Assembly: GCA_018398765.1 (NCBI GenBank)
Contig: JAHBMJ010000270.1
Span: forward strand, 1 to 53,071
Length of the DNA: 53,071 nucleotides
DNA from: Chromera velia
Taxonomy: Eukaryota
Reading direction: 5' to 3'
The notes beneath the pieces were generated by a model. The model did not search any database, was not told where the DNA came from, and saw only the letters and a list, made by a program, of their open reading frames with translations. A program made the translations under genes and the position numbers. Of this stretch, positions 52,561 through 53,071 are shown one piece after another; the first letter of the stretch is position 1, and every line of letters starts with the position of its first letter.

Positions 52561-53071
52561 GAGACACAGTTGAAAGCAAGCGGGAGCAGCCAGGCAGCTA
52601 GAGAGAAACAGACAAGGATGAGGGAGAGCAGACAAGCAGACAGAGAGACACAGTTAGAATCGAGCGAGAACAGCCAGCTGGACAGAGAGAGTCAGACAGG
52701 GGCGAGTGAGAGCAGACAGGCAGACAGCAAGACATAGCCAGGAACGAGTGAGAGCAGCCAGCCAGGCAGAAAGAATCAATTAGGGGCGAGTGAGAGCAGA
52801 CAGGCGGACAGAGAGACACAGCCAGAAACGAGTGAGAGCAGCCAGCCGGACAGAAAGAATCAATCAGGAGCGATGGGAGGCAGACAGGCAGACAGAGAGA
52901 ATTGGCCAGAGGCAAGCGAGAGCAGCTAAACAAACAGGGAGAAACAGACAGGGGCGAGAGACAGAACACAGGAAGCCGAAGAGCAGACACCCACCACCAC
53001 AACCACTCATATGCCAAACCAGACAGGAAGAGAAGATAACCTGATACACAAGACAGGTAGACAGGCAGCCG
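52560..53071 (+). repeat. Purine-rich degenerate tandem repeats (gagtgagagcagacagg / gagcagccagcc), running to the window edge
   Basis: Recurrent CGAGTGAGAGCAG motifs immediately after the RT fragment. Confidence 0.6.

Overview
Eukaryotic, intron-containing, transposon-dense genomic window. The bipartite plastid-targeting leader on a nuclear L7/L12 gene, TGCATGCA-rich promoters and microsatellite-filled introns suggest an alveolate with a red-derived complex plastid, most likely a chromerid such as Chromera (inference). There are five host genes or gene candidates: a small two-exon Cys-rich protein, plastid rpl12, a multi-exon CCHC zinc-knuckle protein, a multi-exon secreted protein and a 1222-aa single-ORF protein. 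Between them lie a near-complete Ty1/copia LTR retrotransposon (7786-14066), two CRE-like and one RTE/L2-like non-LTR fragments, more than a dozen non-autonomous TIR elements (several nested, many with readable TSDs), a 79-bp tandem array and long microsatellites. Two signals stand out. (1) Repeats and their flanks show pervasive C>T/G>A decay enriched at CpA/TpG (CAG>TAG, CAA>TAA, mutated TSDs, TIR and LTR pairs), resembling fungal RIP or non-CG methylation-driven mutation, while host ORFs stay open. (2) The copia element appears to have non-canonical AG...CT LTR ends, a PBS overlapping the LTR, a non-iMet primer and a WIDD RT motif. One assembly gap (27081-27207) and one probable assembly duplication (around the N at 30265) are present. 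All calls were made by eye; no database searches were run.
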